Shown: positions 25,095 through 37,292 of the stretch, piece after piece
How the letters are laid out: the number at the start of each line of letters is the position of its first letter
Position numbering within the stretch: position 1 is the first letter of the stretch
Made by a program: the position numbers and the translations under genes
Source of the DNA: Amphiscolops sp. MND2022
Lineage: Eukaryota
NCBI GenBank assembly: GCA_964187785.1
Contig: OZ076409.1
Span: 10,852,001-10,916,000 of the forward strand
DNA: 64,000 bases
Direction of reading: 5' to 3'
The notes under the pieces: model-generated
Seen by the model: the letters and a program-made list of their open reading frames with translations, nothing else
Database searches by the model: none
What the model was told of the DNA's origin: nothing

Positions 25095-25513
25095 GCCACG
25101 TGCTCTTTTGTTCACTCTCGCTTGTAATGAGAATGACTGGTGAGTCAGTCGTTTACGTCAATTATGTAATCTTTCACTCTAGCAGAAGTGATTGACATTT
25201 AATTGACCAATCAGATTTGAGAACCACTCTATTTCCGTGTACGATATCTGTCACATTTTGCTCTTTTGCCTTTTCTTGTACGCCACGCCTTTTCAATTTC
25301 TTGTGAATTAAACATTCCTTTCAATTCTTCGATCACAGTCTTTTCAGCTTATTCTTGGAAAAAGTATAGTCGTAGTCATAGTCAGTTTCTTTAACAATTT
25401 TCTCTTGAATACTGCACTTCCGAAACTTCTTCTTAACTCTCATTAAAAGTGCTTCCTTATTCTGCATTGGATCATTGCTCATTGTTTTGTATTGTTGTTA
25501 TCCTTCATTCGGG

Positions 25514-28500
25514 ATGGAATCTACTAGTCGGAGGAAATCGCGAAAAGATCAAATTTCAAGACGAGTGCCAGGATCGTGGGGATACAAATCTCCTACAGAG
25601 ACGTCTCCGGGTTGGTTCAACTTTTGTTTTGAGTTTTGATTTGTAGTAGAATTTGTTTCGGTTGAGGGATCATCGTGCAAAGCTGGCCAGGCTTGCAGAA
25701 TGAAGTAACTAATTCACATTAGTCGATTTGTTTAATTTAGTGTGAAAATAATTTTGTCACACATTGATTTTTTGGGGCGGAAGTAGCTTTGTGATTTTTA
25801 ACCGCGTCCGGTTTCAAAGTTAATTCAATGCTACTTCCTGTAATTCTTTTGCCTTCGCTTCCGCTTTAAGCATTTGAACTTGTTTCAGTTGACCTGGGAG
25901 CGACTCAAACTTCACCAGCACGATCACCGACAAAAGTCTATACACCTCTAGAAGCTGTGCCACCAACAACTCAGAATCCTCCCGAAGATTTACCAATCCA
26001 GGAAACTTCCACAGGAAGTAACGAAGGGATTGAACGAGTTCTCGCCACAAGTTTGGATGAATCCGCAGGGTCAGGTCAACTTTCGATCCACGATACTACT
26101 AATGGTTCTTCAGAGATACCCATTGAGGAAATTGAATTGTCCGACAAGAATGTTACTGTGACTGAAGACAACGATCAGACTTTGGCAACCACCACTGAAC
26201 CGAACGTTGAAGAACTGCCACAGGTTACTTTTACCACCAACTCTCCTCGCTTCACTGAATTCATAAACATGGTCCGAGATGCAAATACCTCCAGTCCAAA
26301 ATTGAATAGGCCTGATATTGATCAACCCCATACTTCTTCTAAAGGAAATCCGCCGACTGACCTGGTAGAAGGGGAAAACAGAGAAAAAGACGAAGAGCTG
26401 CCTGAGTCCAATGAAGATATTCCTGATACCTCACATGCCAGAGACAGTGTTGAACCCGAAGAAGAAACAATACAACAAGTTACTGTCACTCGGCAAGAAG
26501 TTTTAGCGCTTTCAAGTGTATTGGATAAGATCCCGAAAACTGCTCTAGTGAGGGGAGATCGTAACATTCCAGAAAACATTACTCTCACTGTTGTTGGGCA
26601 GGCTCAGAACTCACCAGTTCAAGATGTACAAAGTACCAGTCGGGGTGAAACAACAGAACATCCTCCCGATGATTTGCGTCCCCATTCCAGTTCTGAAGAA
26701 CTTCCGTTGGCACGGGGCAAAAGACGAAAACCAAAGTACTCGTTAACTTCAGCCATGTTGAAGAAACATCCTGTCGTCCAATATTTTGCCACTGGACCAC
26801 TCGACAGAAACAAAAACCCATACAAATGGTGGTGTCGAGTTTGCAAAATAGAGCTGTCTCTGATGAGCAGAGGGGTTTTGGAATTATTGTCTCATTACAA
26901 AACTGAAGCTCATTTGACAAAGGAACATAGGATCCGCTTAGAAACTCCTGGGTTACCTCTATTCGACCAAGAAGAAAATGAACTGCGAGGAATAGGACTG
27001 CAAGAAGCGAAACGAAGAGCTAGAGAAGCACATCCAATCGCTCCTCAATTAGATGGGTTCCGTTTATTTGTCGGGCAAGAACGGTTGCCTGAATTCAGTT
27101 CTGTTACCAGCCCGAGTGAGAGTGTTCTGGCTCAAATCTGCATTCTCGAGAATGGATTCCGCCATGGTGGACACATAAATGTCCTGCTCGGACTCTGGGA
27201 GGACATGACAAGATTGTCACCAGGCAGCAGTGCCCAAATCACCACTCACAAATGGAGTCAACACCGCATTTATGTAAGTACTTTTCTATTCCCCTTTTAT
27301 TCTACCCATGTTTTGAGGGTTACAATTCTATCCTTCTGTTTAGGCCATCGTTACATATATTTTCCGCGAACTAATGCATTATTGTGTCGTGACTACTGGG
27401 CAGCTGGAGTTTGTTCTCTATCTTATGAGAGTTCTCTTACCAAAAATTTCCTCTTCCTGAGTTTCTGGTCGGGGAACGTCTATTACCAAGTTTGTCTCGG
27501 GTCTGGGACCCGCGGGTTATTGTTACCCAAAAGACTTCTTTCCTTGCTCTCGTCTTACTTCAGCTTGTCAGAGAACCCACCTTCTTGCCTTAGCCTCGTT
27601 AATTTTGACGAGAGGTTAGCAACTTGCCTTACTCGGTCACTGTCAGGGAAAACTTGCCCAATGGTCGTCAATTGGTTTGGAGTTACTGAGTTAGAAAAAT
27701 GTTTATCCATGCCAACATCCCGGATCCTTGAGCGACACGACTTCAGGACCATATTGGATTTCTTGCTCATGAAACTGAGAACCGCGCTGGACCAAGAGTG
27801 GTTGCAGTCAATACCCGTATTACACAAGGTACACTTTTCCGTTTTACTTTGTCTCAAAATGCACTTTCAACTTCTAGCGTCATGGTACCCCTCTTTTTAG
27901 TGCGTAACACACTTAACATACACTCTAGAGGAGGCCTCATCCATCATAGCCCTGTTATCTGCACACTGGGACAGGGTGTTGGATCACCTGAATCGGGTTT
28001 CCCGATTACCAACCTTCCGGTACCACATGCGTGAGGTAATATTTCGTTTTTGGATTCCTTTTGTAGCCAATTTGTTGATTAACCAATTTGTTGATTAACC
28101 TTTTCGGTTTTTTAGCCCAGTACGTTAGACGAATGTTTCCGGCTCGATACAGCGTACCTGGCCCGGCTTTTCGTCATTCGCTGTGTTTTGGATCACTGTT
28201 AGTATTCGTTTATCACTTGTTTTCACTGTGCTTTTCTATCAGTAGTATGGCTTTTCGTTGTAATTTCTTTGCGCAGCTGTGACTTGCGATTATCATTAGG
28301 AATTGCTTCTTTGAATAACACACCAAAGCTGCGGGATGCCGTATATACGTCACCCTTTTTTCCGCATGATACCGCATATGCGGCGTCCCTGTTTCCGTAT
28401 GATGCCGCATATTTTGGTGAAGGGTAGATCGTAAAACAGCTAAAACCGTAGGATGCCGCATATGCTCTAAGTATATGCCGTACTATACGGCGTAGTGGAG

Positions 28501-29681
28501 TTGGTGGCACCCTAACTAGGTGTGACTCATGTTTTGCTTTTATCGTTTTTGGATGTTTTGCTATTTGTGTTACAGACAACTCGTCATTTTCTGAAGCACC
28601 GACTGGATATGAAGCTGGATTTCGCCTGTTTAACCAGTTTGCTGTATTCGTTTATTCCCAGCTCCAAAGTATACTTCCAGATAGTATCCTTGGCAATGTC
28701 TCCGACTGGGACAGTTATCTGAAGCTCGATTTAACCCAGCCTGGTCTCCCTTTCAAGAGCTGCAATGAATTCGTTCTGAACTCTGATTTTCATGAGTTAG
28801 TAACTTCCAGCAAGCTGCCAAGGCCCAGTAAATTCATCGAACAGTCGTTTGCCTTCTATAAAGCGTTTTGTCGAATACTGTTGCAGCATAAGATTGCGAC
28901 TTCGGATTTGATTAGAGGTTTATCCAGTTTCGATTCTGCCATGATGCTTGATGGTGAAGAGAAACATTATCTGCCTGCGATTGAGATGCTGACGACCTAC
29001 TTCTCCTCCCATGGCTGGATCACAGTTAGTGATAAAACAAAGGCTGTGAGTCAAAATAGGTCTTTGGTTACGAAATTTCGTTCAAGTCAAGTCTGCCGGC
29101 CAGATGATTGGTTTGAATTCCTTTGCTCCTGTTATGAATTACATTGCCGACCAGAGCTACATCGGGTATTTTAGTAATCCTGTCTGTGTTTGCCACCGAA
29201 AGCGAAGATCACTAGTCAATTTGTTGTACCCATGCCGGAATTGGGACCCGACGAAGATGTATTTCATTCATGCATTTCGAGTATCCAGCTGGCCTACAAG
29301 ACTGTCCCAAACGTGTCAAGTCTCTTCCGAGACCCTCGATCGCTCAGCCGTGTGTTTCGTCTTATCGGGCGAGGACGTGATTTATTAGAAGATCGCAAAT
29401 TTTCTGTTTGGAACTTTTTAAAAGGTAGCGGACCAAGTCGAGTCAGATTTCAGACTAAATTAGAAAGTGCATACAAGAGTGCCGTTGTGAGACGAGAAGA
29501 AGATCCTTTCTCTGTCGACCCCGATGTTTCTGTTTTGAGTAAAGTATCCAGCACTACGAGTTCCCCAGATTCTCAGCCAGTTCTTGGGAAGGCTACAGTG
29601 TCTCTATCCCGCTGCGTCGAAGGAGGAAATGATGGTGCCAAGAAAACAAAAGGGTCGAGTGGAAAAGCTAAGAAGAACTAA
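25514..29681 (+). pseudogene. Antisense five-exon gene encoding a BED-zinc-finger / hAT-transposase-derived protein (~1069 aa); disrupted in this copy
   Basis: Exons 25514-25610, 25889-27273, 27344-27828, 27901-28035, 28576-29681; all introns GT-AG. WWCRVCKIEL..ELLSHYKTEAH is BED-like; SLSYESS..FLSFW..CLG..LSLVNFD is RNase-H-like; WFEFL..PELHRVF**SCLCLP resembles the hAT dimerisation domain. Two 1-nt deletions and TAG-TAA at 29172-29177. Confidence 0.7.
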
Positions 29682-29855
29682 AGCAGTCTTGCTTCTGTAG
29701 ACTTTGTTTCTTTTGTTTTCGTCTCACAGGAGACATTTGTTATGATTATATTTCGTTTCGTCTCGCTTTATTATTATTGAGTGTGCAAGAAAAGAGAAAA
29801 ATGCTGGGAGTATAAAACCAGTATGAGATAAAGTTTTGTCTGAGAATTGTTTTCA

Positions 29856-32800
29856 TTAATATCTGTATGTGTCTGAGTAGTTTGGGTTAGGGTTAGGACG
29901 TAAGTTGTATTTATCACCACGGGTGTTTATGGGTTCTTCTTGTGATGGGATATTTTGTGGATTTTCTGGGGTTTTTTGGGTATCATCATCAAGTGAATTA
30001 TTTGCATCTTTTTGGGTTTTTTGGGTACTTTGATCATCTTCAATGATTTGTTGTGGTATTTCATTTTCATGGTTTTCATGCGATTCAGTGGTCTGTTCCA
30101 CTGGGCTCCCCCACTATTTTTTGAAGATCCTGGGGAGGGTGGGCGGTTTTCTTCGGGCATTTGAATTGGAATGTATTCTGTGTCTTCAGTATTTAATGAA
30201 TATTCTGAAGGACCATCGTCAAAAGGATTTGAACCAAAGTTCGTGTTCCATGATTGGGCATATAGGTCATCATTTGTTATAGGCATTTGGTCATCTTTTT
30301 GCCAATCAATTTCTCGAACAAAAATGTCTGCTAGGGGCGCTTGCGGAGTGAATTTCCGTAGGCGAATCCTGTGTAACAGTTGCGTTTTGTTATTCCCGAG
30401 TCTCCGGACGATGTAGTTATTGTTAGGGAGAACTTTTTCTACTTTATATGGCCCGCACCATCTGAATTCTCGGAATGGTATTTTTGTCACTTGAGTATCG
30501 GCTTTTGGGTTAAGAATGTAGCAGTAATCCGTTGTTTCGAGCGGAGCTGCTTTCGCTTTGCGGTCCTAGTAAGCTTTGTATTTGAGATATGATTGCATGA
30601 TGTTCTTTTTGGTTTGATCTTGAAGGATTTTCATGCGTTTTTGAATTTCTTCCGCCACATCTGCTTGCGGTTGGTATCGTGGGTTAGGATTGTATCCAAG
30701 TTTGTAGTCTAGGATATTGTGTGGTATCCTACCATGGAAGACTCGTGAAGGTTCACAACCGAGTGATGCATGGTATGTGGTGTTGTGATTGAGGACTGCC
30801 AAGGGGAGATATTTATGCTAGTTGTTCCTGAATTCGCCTGTTGCGGCTTTTAGGTGCATTTTCACTGATGCATGTGTTCTCTCAAGGAGTCCTATTGTTT
30901 GGGCATGTTTCATTGTTGCGTGTTTCATTTCAATTCCAAGTACTGCCGACACTTCATGAGTTACTTGTGTATCGAATTGAGTGCCTAAATCCGTGATTAT
31001 CGTTGTTGGAAGGTATGTATGTTTGCATAAGATGTCCATGATAACCCTTGATACTGCTGTTGCAGTAATACGAGTTACAGGGTAGGCAAACAAGTATTTT
31101 GAGAAGACATCTATTGCTGTGATGATATGGTCATAGCCTCCACTAGGGGGAAGGTTTGGTAAAATGTCCAATTGCAAAATGTCTTCCGGACCGAGATCCC
31201 ATTCCGGACAATTAAGAAGTTCTGTCCTTAGGAGATCATTGTTTATGCGTTTCGTTTGGATGCAGATTTGGCAATTACTAACCCATTTTTTGATGTACTT
31301 TGCCATACATGGGTAGTAGTATTTTTGTCTTGCTTCTTGAATCATTTTCGTAATTCCTGGATGGTTTGAATTATGACCATGTAAGGCTTGAAGAAATTCG
31401 TCTAGGAGTTGGATTGGTAGGAGGATTTGGTAGTGAGATATAGTTCCAGTGTCGGTATAGTATTTTCGTGTGAGAACTTCCTGTTTAATTTCTATTCGTG
31501 TTATGTTCTGTAAGTAGTGCTGGTATCGATAGTCTGATGCTAGTTCATTCTCGTCAAAAGGGTTTCCTTCGAGTTTTGCTCTGAGGTTTCTTAGGACTAT
31601 GTCGTTATTCTGCTCAAGGCGGATTCTTGCATTGTCCTTAAAGTATCCCGAAGAGCAGGAGATCAGACCTGATGTAGGTTTGTGGAATCGTTGTAGCTCG
31701 GAAACAGCATTTTCTGGATCATTGTGTGTTTCGGTTTGTGCTTGATTTCGAATGTTTTGTTTTTCTTCCCAGAATTGATTTTCGTCAATTTCATCATCTG
31801 GGAGGACATAGATTTGTTCTTCTTCGATGATGCCAGTTGATTGGATGTTCACCTCAATCGCTTTCGTGTGAATGTCGTTGCGGATTGTCAGTTCCAGTTT
31901 TTCTGTTGGGTCGACTTCCGTTCTAGATAAGAAGTCGGCAGCAGTGTTCATTGTTCCAGCTACGTGGGCGATCACGAAGTTGTATTGCAATACATAATCG
32001 CAGGCATTCCAAAGTGCTGGAGGGATCATTTTTGTTTGAAAAAATCGGGTTACAGATCGATTTTCAGTAAACACGATTACTGGGAAGGTACTACCCCACA
32101 TGAGATGTCCGAATTCAACAAATGCAAAATATATTGACAAAAATTCCTTTGCATAAATTGACATTTTCGTCTGTGTAGGGTTGAAAGTTTTTGAACCAAA
32201 AGCTATGGGTGCATATGTTTTGCGTTTTGATTGGAGCTTCTGGTTTGGGTCATCCTCTATCATGATAGCATATCCAGCTGCTGTGAAACTTGCATCGGAC
32301 ATGACTATAAGTTGCTTATTTTTCAGCGGTTGTTTTAGAGCTAACTGGCAAGAATTTTCTAGGAGTTTGTTGAGGTTCGTGAAGTCTTCTACCAAATTTG
32401 TCGGTACATAGAATTTGGAAGTTTCTTTGAGGAGTTTGAAGAACGGTGAGAGCCGTTCCGAAAGTCGTGGTATGTAATTTCGGTAATAGTTTAAAAATCC
32501 GATATACCTCTGCAACGCCTTTTTTGATTTCGGAAAGCGAAGCTTTGAGAGGAAGTCTTTTACTTTGTCGGCTTGAGGGGCAACTCCATCTGGTGTGATT
32601 GTGCGTCCCAGAAAGTCGACCTGTTTCACTCCAAAGTGGCCTTTGGACATGGAGAGTTTTAGTCCTGCATCGCGTATGCATTCGAACACAGTTCTGATAT
32701 TCGTACACAGTTGTTTTGTGTCATTTGCCGCAATGCCAATGTCATCGACATACTGTGCACATTGGTCTGCTTTAATTGCTCTGTCCAGGTACTCTCTCAT

Positions 32801-34740
32801 AAAACTTGAAAAGGCAGAAAGTGATCTGCTGAGGCCCTGGGCAAGGCGACGATAAGCGAATGTTCTACTGGCAAAGTTGAAGGCGAGCATTTGGATGGAT
32901 TGGTAATCCGCCATCTGCAGGCAGTGGTAAGCTTGGGAGCAGTCCAATTTGCAGAAAAGCTTTTTCCCTGCCATATGTTGGGCTGCATCCGATAAGGTGC
33001 TTACTGGGTGGTTGTTGTTGACGTAAGCTTCGGTGATGAGGTTGTTGATTTTTCGTAGGTCAACAAATAGTCTGAGGCGCCCGTTAGGTTTGCGTTGTGC
33101 AAATATTGGGCTTGCATATTTAGAAAAAGGTAGTGTTGTAATGATGCCATACTTATGTAGGAGTGCAAGTTCTACTGTAATGTCATCTTTAAGATTGATA
33201 GGAGTTGGCAAACTTTGGCTGTATGCAGGTCTGTCATCATTTGGCGTTAGTTTTACTTTGAATTCACGGTTTATGCCAATGTCGAAACGGTGTCTGGCAA
33301 AAATATCATGAAATTCAATGAGGATTTCTTCAATTTCTTTCCGTTCGTCATGACTGAGTGTTGTGTCATTCCAGTCGAAGTTTGAAAGGAAAACTTTTCT
33401 GGAATTTTCATCATCTTGTGGGTTTAGTTTTTCAAGTTCTTTGAGTTCTAGGAGTTCTTTGTAGATTCGTTGTTGAATTGGAGTGTATGTTGCTGGGTCA
33501 CCTGGTTCTTCAGGAGTAGGGAACCAGTATGTCTCCTGTTCTGAGTTCGTTTTTGGAACTTTGAGGAGTTCGTTTATGTAGACGTCCGTTGTTTCCTCAT
33601 GTTGTATCATGAAGGACAGTAACGCTGGGTCTACTGGCTGTATATGTTTGATTTGTTCTGGTGTCAGTATCTTGAAATCCGCTAAATGGGTATCAAGGGT
33701 TATTGTATATGGTAACTCGGAGAAATTAATGATTTGGTATCCAATAGCATTATTGTTGACTGTACTGAGTGACGCTGTGATGAAGATGCTATTGTGATTT
33801 TCAAACTGATGTGATGGGGTGACTATTCCAGTTGCGTCATGGTCCATCAGATGGGGCATTCTGCTTGCAATTGCTAGGGTTTCGCCTGGTTGCAAGGTAT
33901 ATGTATTTTCTGCAAACAATGGTGTTGCTTGTCGTATTGATGTTTGGGTGTCGGGTTTAAGCTGCATTCAAAGGTAGGGGAAGGTTAGGATGCCTTGGGT
34001 GACATCAAAGATTGCGTTATTTCTACGGAGAAAACACAATCCAATTAACGGGTTCGGTAAGTTTTTCATAATGATGAAATTTTCCTTCAACATGAAGTCG
34101 GCCACTTCAAATTCAAGTAGAACAGTACCAATCGGGACTTCCAGTTGTCCATTGGGCACCATAATTTGAAAATTTGGTGGGGGACCAGTTTCTTTGATTG
34201 CTTCATTTGCTAGCAACTTGATTTTGTTGAGGTCTTGTTCGGAGATTGCACTTGTAAGGGCTCCGGTATCAATAAGACCATCAAGAGTAAGTTTTTCGAA
34301 GTCCATTGGAATGTAGTACATGTGGCGTTTTCGCTTCAATGTCAAGGAGGTTGAGATTGGTAGATATGACAAATTTCGTTCTTTGTCAAATTGTATGTGT
34401 TCAGAGAGGTCTTCATTCAATAAGGGTTGTTTTTGATCATCACAAGAAGTTTTATTGTGACATGGTTTTTGATGGGAGATTCGTTGTGAATTTCGAAGTT
34501 TGGGTCTGTTTCAGGGTGGGTTGGTTGTTTTGTGAAGTAGTTGTCTGGTGCATCTTGAAAGAGTTCATATAGTTCTTCTGGTGATGTTTCCAGGGTTGAT
34601 TGTTGAGAGTTTTGTGTTGTTGAGTTCGTGTCAAAGGTTGGTGTTTTTGTGGGTTTTGGACTCAGTTGATGCTGCCAGTCACCGGCTGAGTTTGGTTTTT
34701 GTGGTGATTTTGTGTAAAGGCGTGGCGTTTCTAGTTTAAA
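29856..34740 (-). pseudogene. pol: Gypsy pol (protease, dUTPase-like segment, RT, RNase H, integrase)
   Basis: LIDTGA, YVDD, RNase H SDAS, HHCC (HGHNSNHPG..CQIC) and DDE core. Essentially one frame with premature stops at 33968, 30818 and 30566 and -1 shifts near 34450 and 30110. Confidence 0.95.
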
Positions 34741-36419
34741 TCCTTCGACGAGGATTGTTGGTTTCTTTCGATTCTGGGTCTGATTGGTTTTTTAGCTCGC
34801 TTGTATTCTTCTATAACTTTCCTTTGGGGTTCAGTTAGGTTCCATTTTGGTGGTCTATTATCCATATTGGCACCAAAATAGTAATATTCTTCTTCATGTC
34901 CCAGAGTTTTGCAATTGGGACATTTAGGTGCATCCGGATCTTCTTCTAGTTTTCTCCTTTTAGCTAATTTACGGCAGTCAGTCATCATGTGACTAGCATC
35001 TTTGCAGTAACGACATTGGTCATTTTTGAGTGTTTTGTCGGGTACTGTTTTCGGAGTTTGTTTTTTGGTTTTGTCAACTTGTTTTTTGTTAGTTTTTTCA
35101 GTGTTTTGTTCTTTTTTGGTAACGGTCACCTGAGTTTTGACGAGGGCTTCGTCGGCCTCTAGACCATTAAGTTCCATCTCTCTTTCAAGATGTTTAACGA
35201 TTTGGTCATAAGAGCCATTTTCCAGATAGGCTTGGTTGATGGATTTTTTAAGATGCGGTGGCATCTTGGCATAGAGTAGATTCTCTATCATATGGTGTGC
35301 ATTGTCACCGAAGGCTTTTTCCGCGTTTTCTTGCAAATCTTCGAGAAAATCGGGTAGCTTTTGGTTTTCTGGGTCAAATGTTAGTCGATGAAATTTATGT
35401 TTTGCCGAAGCACTTGATTTTGGTTTGACGTACTTTCGGCGGAAAACTTTTAGGATGTCTTCCAGTGTTGTTGTGGGTGTTCTCTGGATGTTTTTGAAGG
35501 TTTTTAACGCCAATCCTCTGAGATGTGCATAAAAGTGGTTGATCTTCATTTCTTCTGTGAGATTTGGCTGCATTTTGAGGGTTGTGTGGAATAAGTCCTC
35601 GAAATATTCGAATTTTTTATTTTTTTCGTTTTTTCCATTGAATGTGAGTGTGTTTTTAGGGTGAAATAGGGATTGTTGTGAGTTTTTATTGGCTAGTTTT
35701 TCTATAGCCTGGGCAATTTGGTTGACCGGGTCAAGTGGTTTTGTTGTGGATGTTGAAGTGTTGCGGTCTGCGTGGGATCCTAAGGTGTCGTTTAGAAGTG
35801 GGGTATTTTGAGAGCTTTGTCTATGGAATGGTTTGTTGGCTCCTGTCACCATGTGATAATCCTCCTCGTCGGATTCCTCGTTAAAGATAACTGTTGCGTC
35901 TAGTGTTGTATCATTTTGGTGTATAGGCTTAGCGGGATGCCTTAGATCTCTCATTTCTGAGGCTTTGAGGGGGATATCTTCGTTTTCAGAGTCTATACTT
36001 TCGTTATCAGATGCGTTTACTCCCATAGACCTTTTACCCTTGGATCCCGATGGTTGCATGTTTTCTATCTCATTCATCTCAGATCTAGGATTAGTTGTCA
36101 TAGATGTGCTTTTATTGGTTTTTATCTCCATCAGAATCGCATCTAATTTGTTCTCCATTTCTTCTCTCATTTTAGTGATTCTATCGTTGTTTTTCTGTTC
36201 AAAAATCTCGGTCCAAGCTTGAATTTCATTACTGACTTGGCTGGGTTCAACTAGTCTGGGTCTCAAATCAGTTTCACCTAAACTTTCTTGACTTTGTAAA
36301 TTAACATTAGTTAAAGTTTCATTACCTTGACTTGGAGTTTCTATGCGTACTTCGCTTGTTTCTCTCTCCGGGGACGGAGTTTCTAACCTTCTGGACCTTC
36401 GATTTCTTCTATTTCCCAT
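34731..36419 (-). CDS. gag: Gypsy gag (562 aa from ATG at 36419)
   Basis: Capsid-like region and zinc knuckle CRYCKDASHMMTDC plus a degenerate second knuckle; ends T-TTA-AAC-TAG. Confidence 0.9.
   Translation of the reverse strand: MGNRRNRRSRRLETPSPERETSEVRIETPSQGNETLTNVNLQSQESLGETDLRPRLVEPSQVSNEIQAWTEIFEQKNNDRITKMREEMENKLDAILMEIKTNKSTSMTTNPRSEMNEIENMQPSGSKGKRSMGVNASDNESIDSENEDIPLKASEMRDLRHPAKPIHQNDTTLDATVIFNEESDEEDYHMVTGANKPFHRQSSQNTPLLNDTLGSHADRNTSTSTTKPLDPVNQIAQAIEKLANKNSQQSLFHPKNTLTFNGKNEKNKKFEYFEDLFHTTLKMQPNLTEEMKINHFYAHLRGLALKTFKNIQRTPTTTLEDILKVFRRKYVKPKSSASAKHKFHRLTFDPENQKLPDFLEDLQENAEKAFGDNAHHMIENLLYAKMPPHLKKSINQAYLENGSYDQIVKHLEREMELNGLEADEALVKTQVTVTKKEQNTEKTNKKQVDKTKKQTPKTVPDKTLKNDQCRYCKDASHMMTDCRKLAKRRKLEEDPDAPKCPNCKTLGHEEEYYYFGANMDNRPPKWNLTEPQRKVIEEYKRAKKPIRPRIERNQQSSSKDLN
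35834..35851 (-). other. Primer-binding site
   Basis: TGGTGACAGGAGCC.. directly follows the 5' LTR end; priming tRNA not identified (close to tRNA-Leu-type PBS). Confidence 0.7.
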
Positions 36420-37292
36420 CTTGCTCAAGAGGAAAATTGGGTTGAAGTGCAGAAAGAATTTGAATTTATTCGTCAATGTTGTGAAAACAATTCGGGTGAA
36501 ACAAAGAGTTATCAAGGAAACTGCTTTTACAGTGTTTGGGTTTATTGTTACAGAGCAACTGTCTCTGGTACCAGTTATATTTCAACTGAAGTAAACTGCA
36601 CTTTTACAAATGAAAAAATCACAAAGCATGACACTCAATTTTTGGGTTGTCATCGATCCAAAAATACTATAAATAGACTTACGTCAGGGTGACGTAATTC
36701 TATTTATAACTTACAAATAGTAATTGCATGACTTCCAATAATCTAACTATGCTAAAGCAACAAGTCCCTGGGAAACCGCTGAATGCCGCACATACGTCAT
36801 CCAGTTTTCCGCATAGTGACGTATGATCAAAGCTGATTAAAAGCACCAATAAAACATGTTATAAGTTAGAATCCGCATGGTACCGCATATGCGTTACTCG
36901 GATTACCGCATAATGACGCATACTCATCGTTACTAAACTCACACGGTAAAGTGTCAATGGCGTTATGTTCACAAAATTAGTTCAGAAAAGACGTCACGTT
37001 ATTCTAGCTTCGAAGTTAATGAGTGCATATGTTCATTCATGTCAACAAAATGAAAGCATCAATGTTTAAGGCATTTGTCAAAACGTAAACATCAAACTAT
37101 ACGATTAAAGAGTTTGCATGACATTTTCAAGGTATCAACTGAAAATTAAATCAACATAAATAACAAAAGGAAGTTGAGAGTGTTTAAGAGTTTCAAGTCC
37201 TCGAGTTGTTTTAGGGTTCTTTTGGAGATGACTAAGTATTCTCGTTTAGGGTTGTTGCCCAACAGCTCCAGCACAACTGTGGGGTTGTGACA
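35852..37292 (-). repeat. 5' LTR
   Basis: Direct repeat of 21565-23005, adjacent to the PBS. Confidence 0.97.

Larger units (their letters stand above)
21565..37292 (-). mobile_element. Full-length 15.7-kb Ty3/Gypsy LTR retrotransposon with accessory and antisense genes
   Basis: 1441-bp direct repeats with TG..CA ends, 5-bp TSD TATGG (21560-21564 and 37293-37297), PBS-like site, gag and PR-RT-RH-IN order. Confidence 0.97.

Noticed and set aside
25957..27900. The 647-aa ORF as a single-exon CDS or env gene
   Set aside because: It is antisense to gag-pol, has no signal peptide or furin/TM layout, and runs through two predicted introns; its hydrophobic stretches are intronic.
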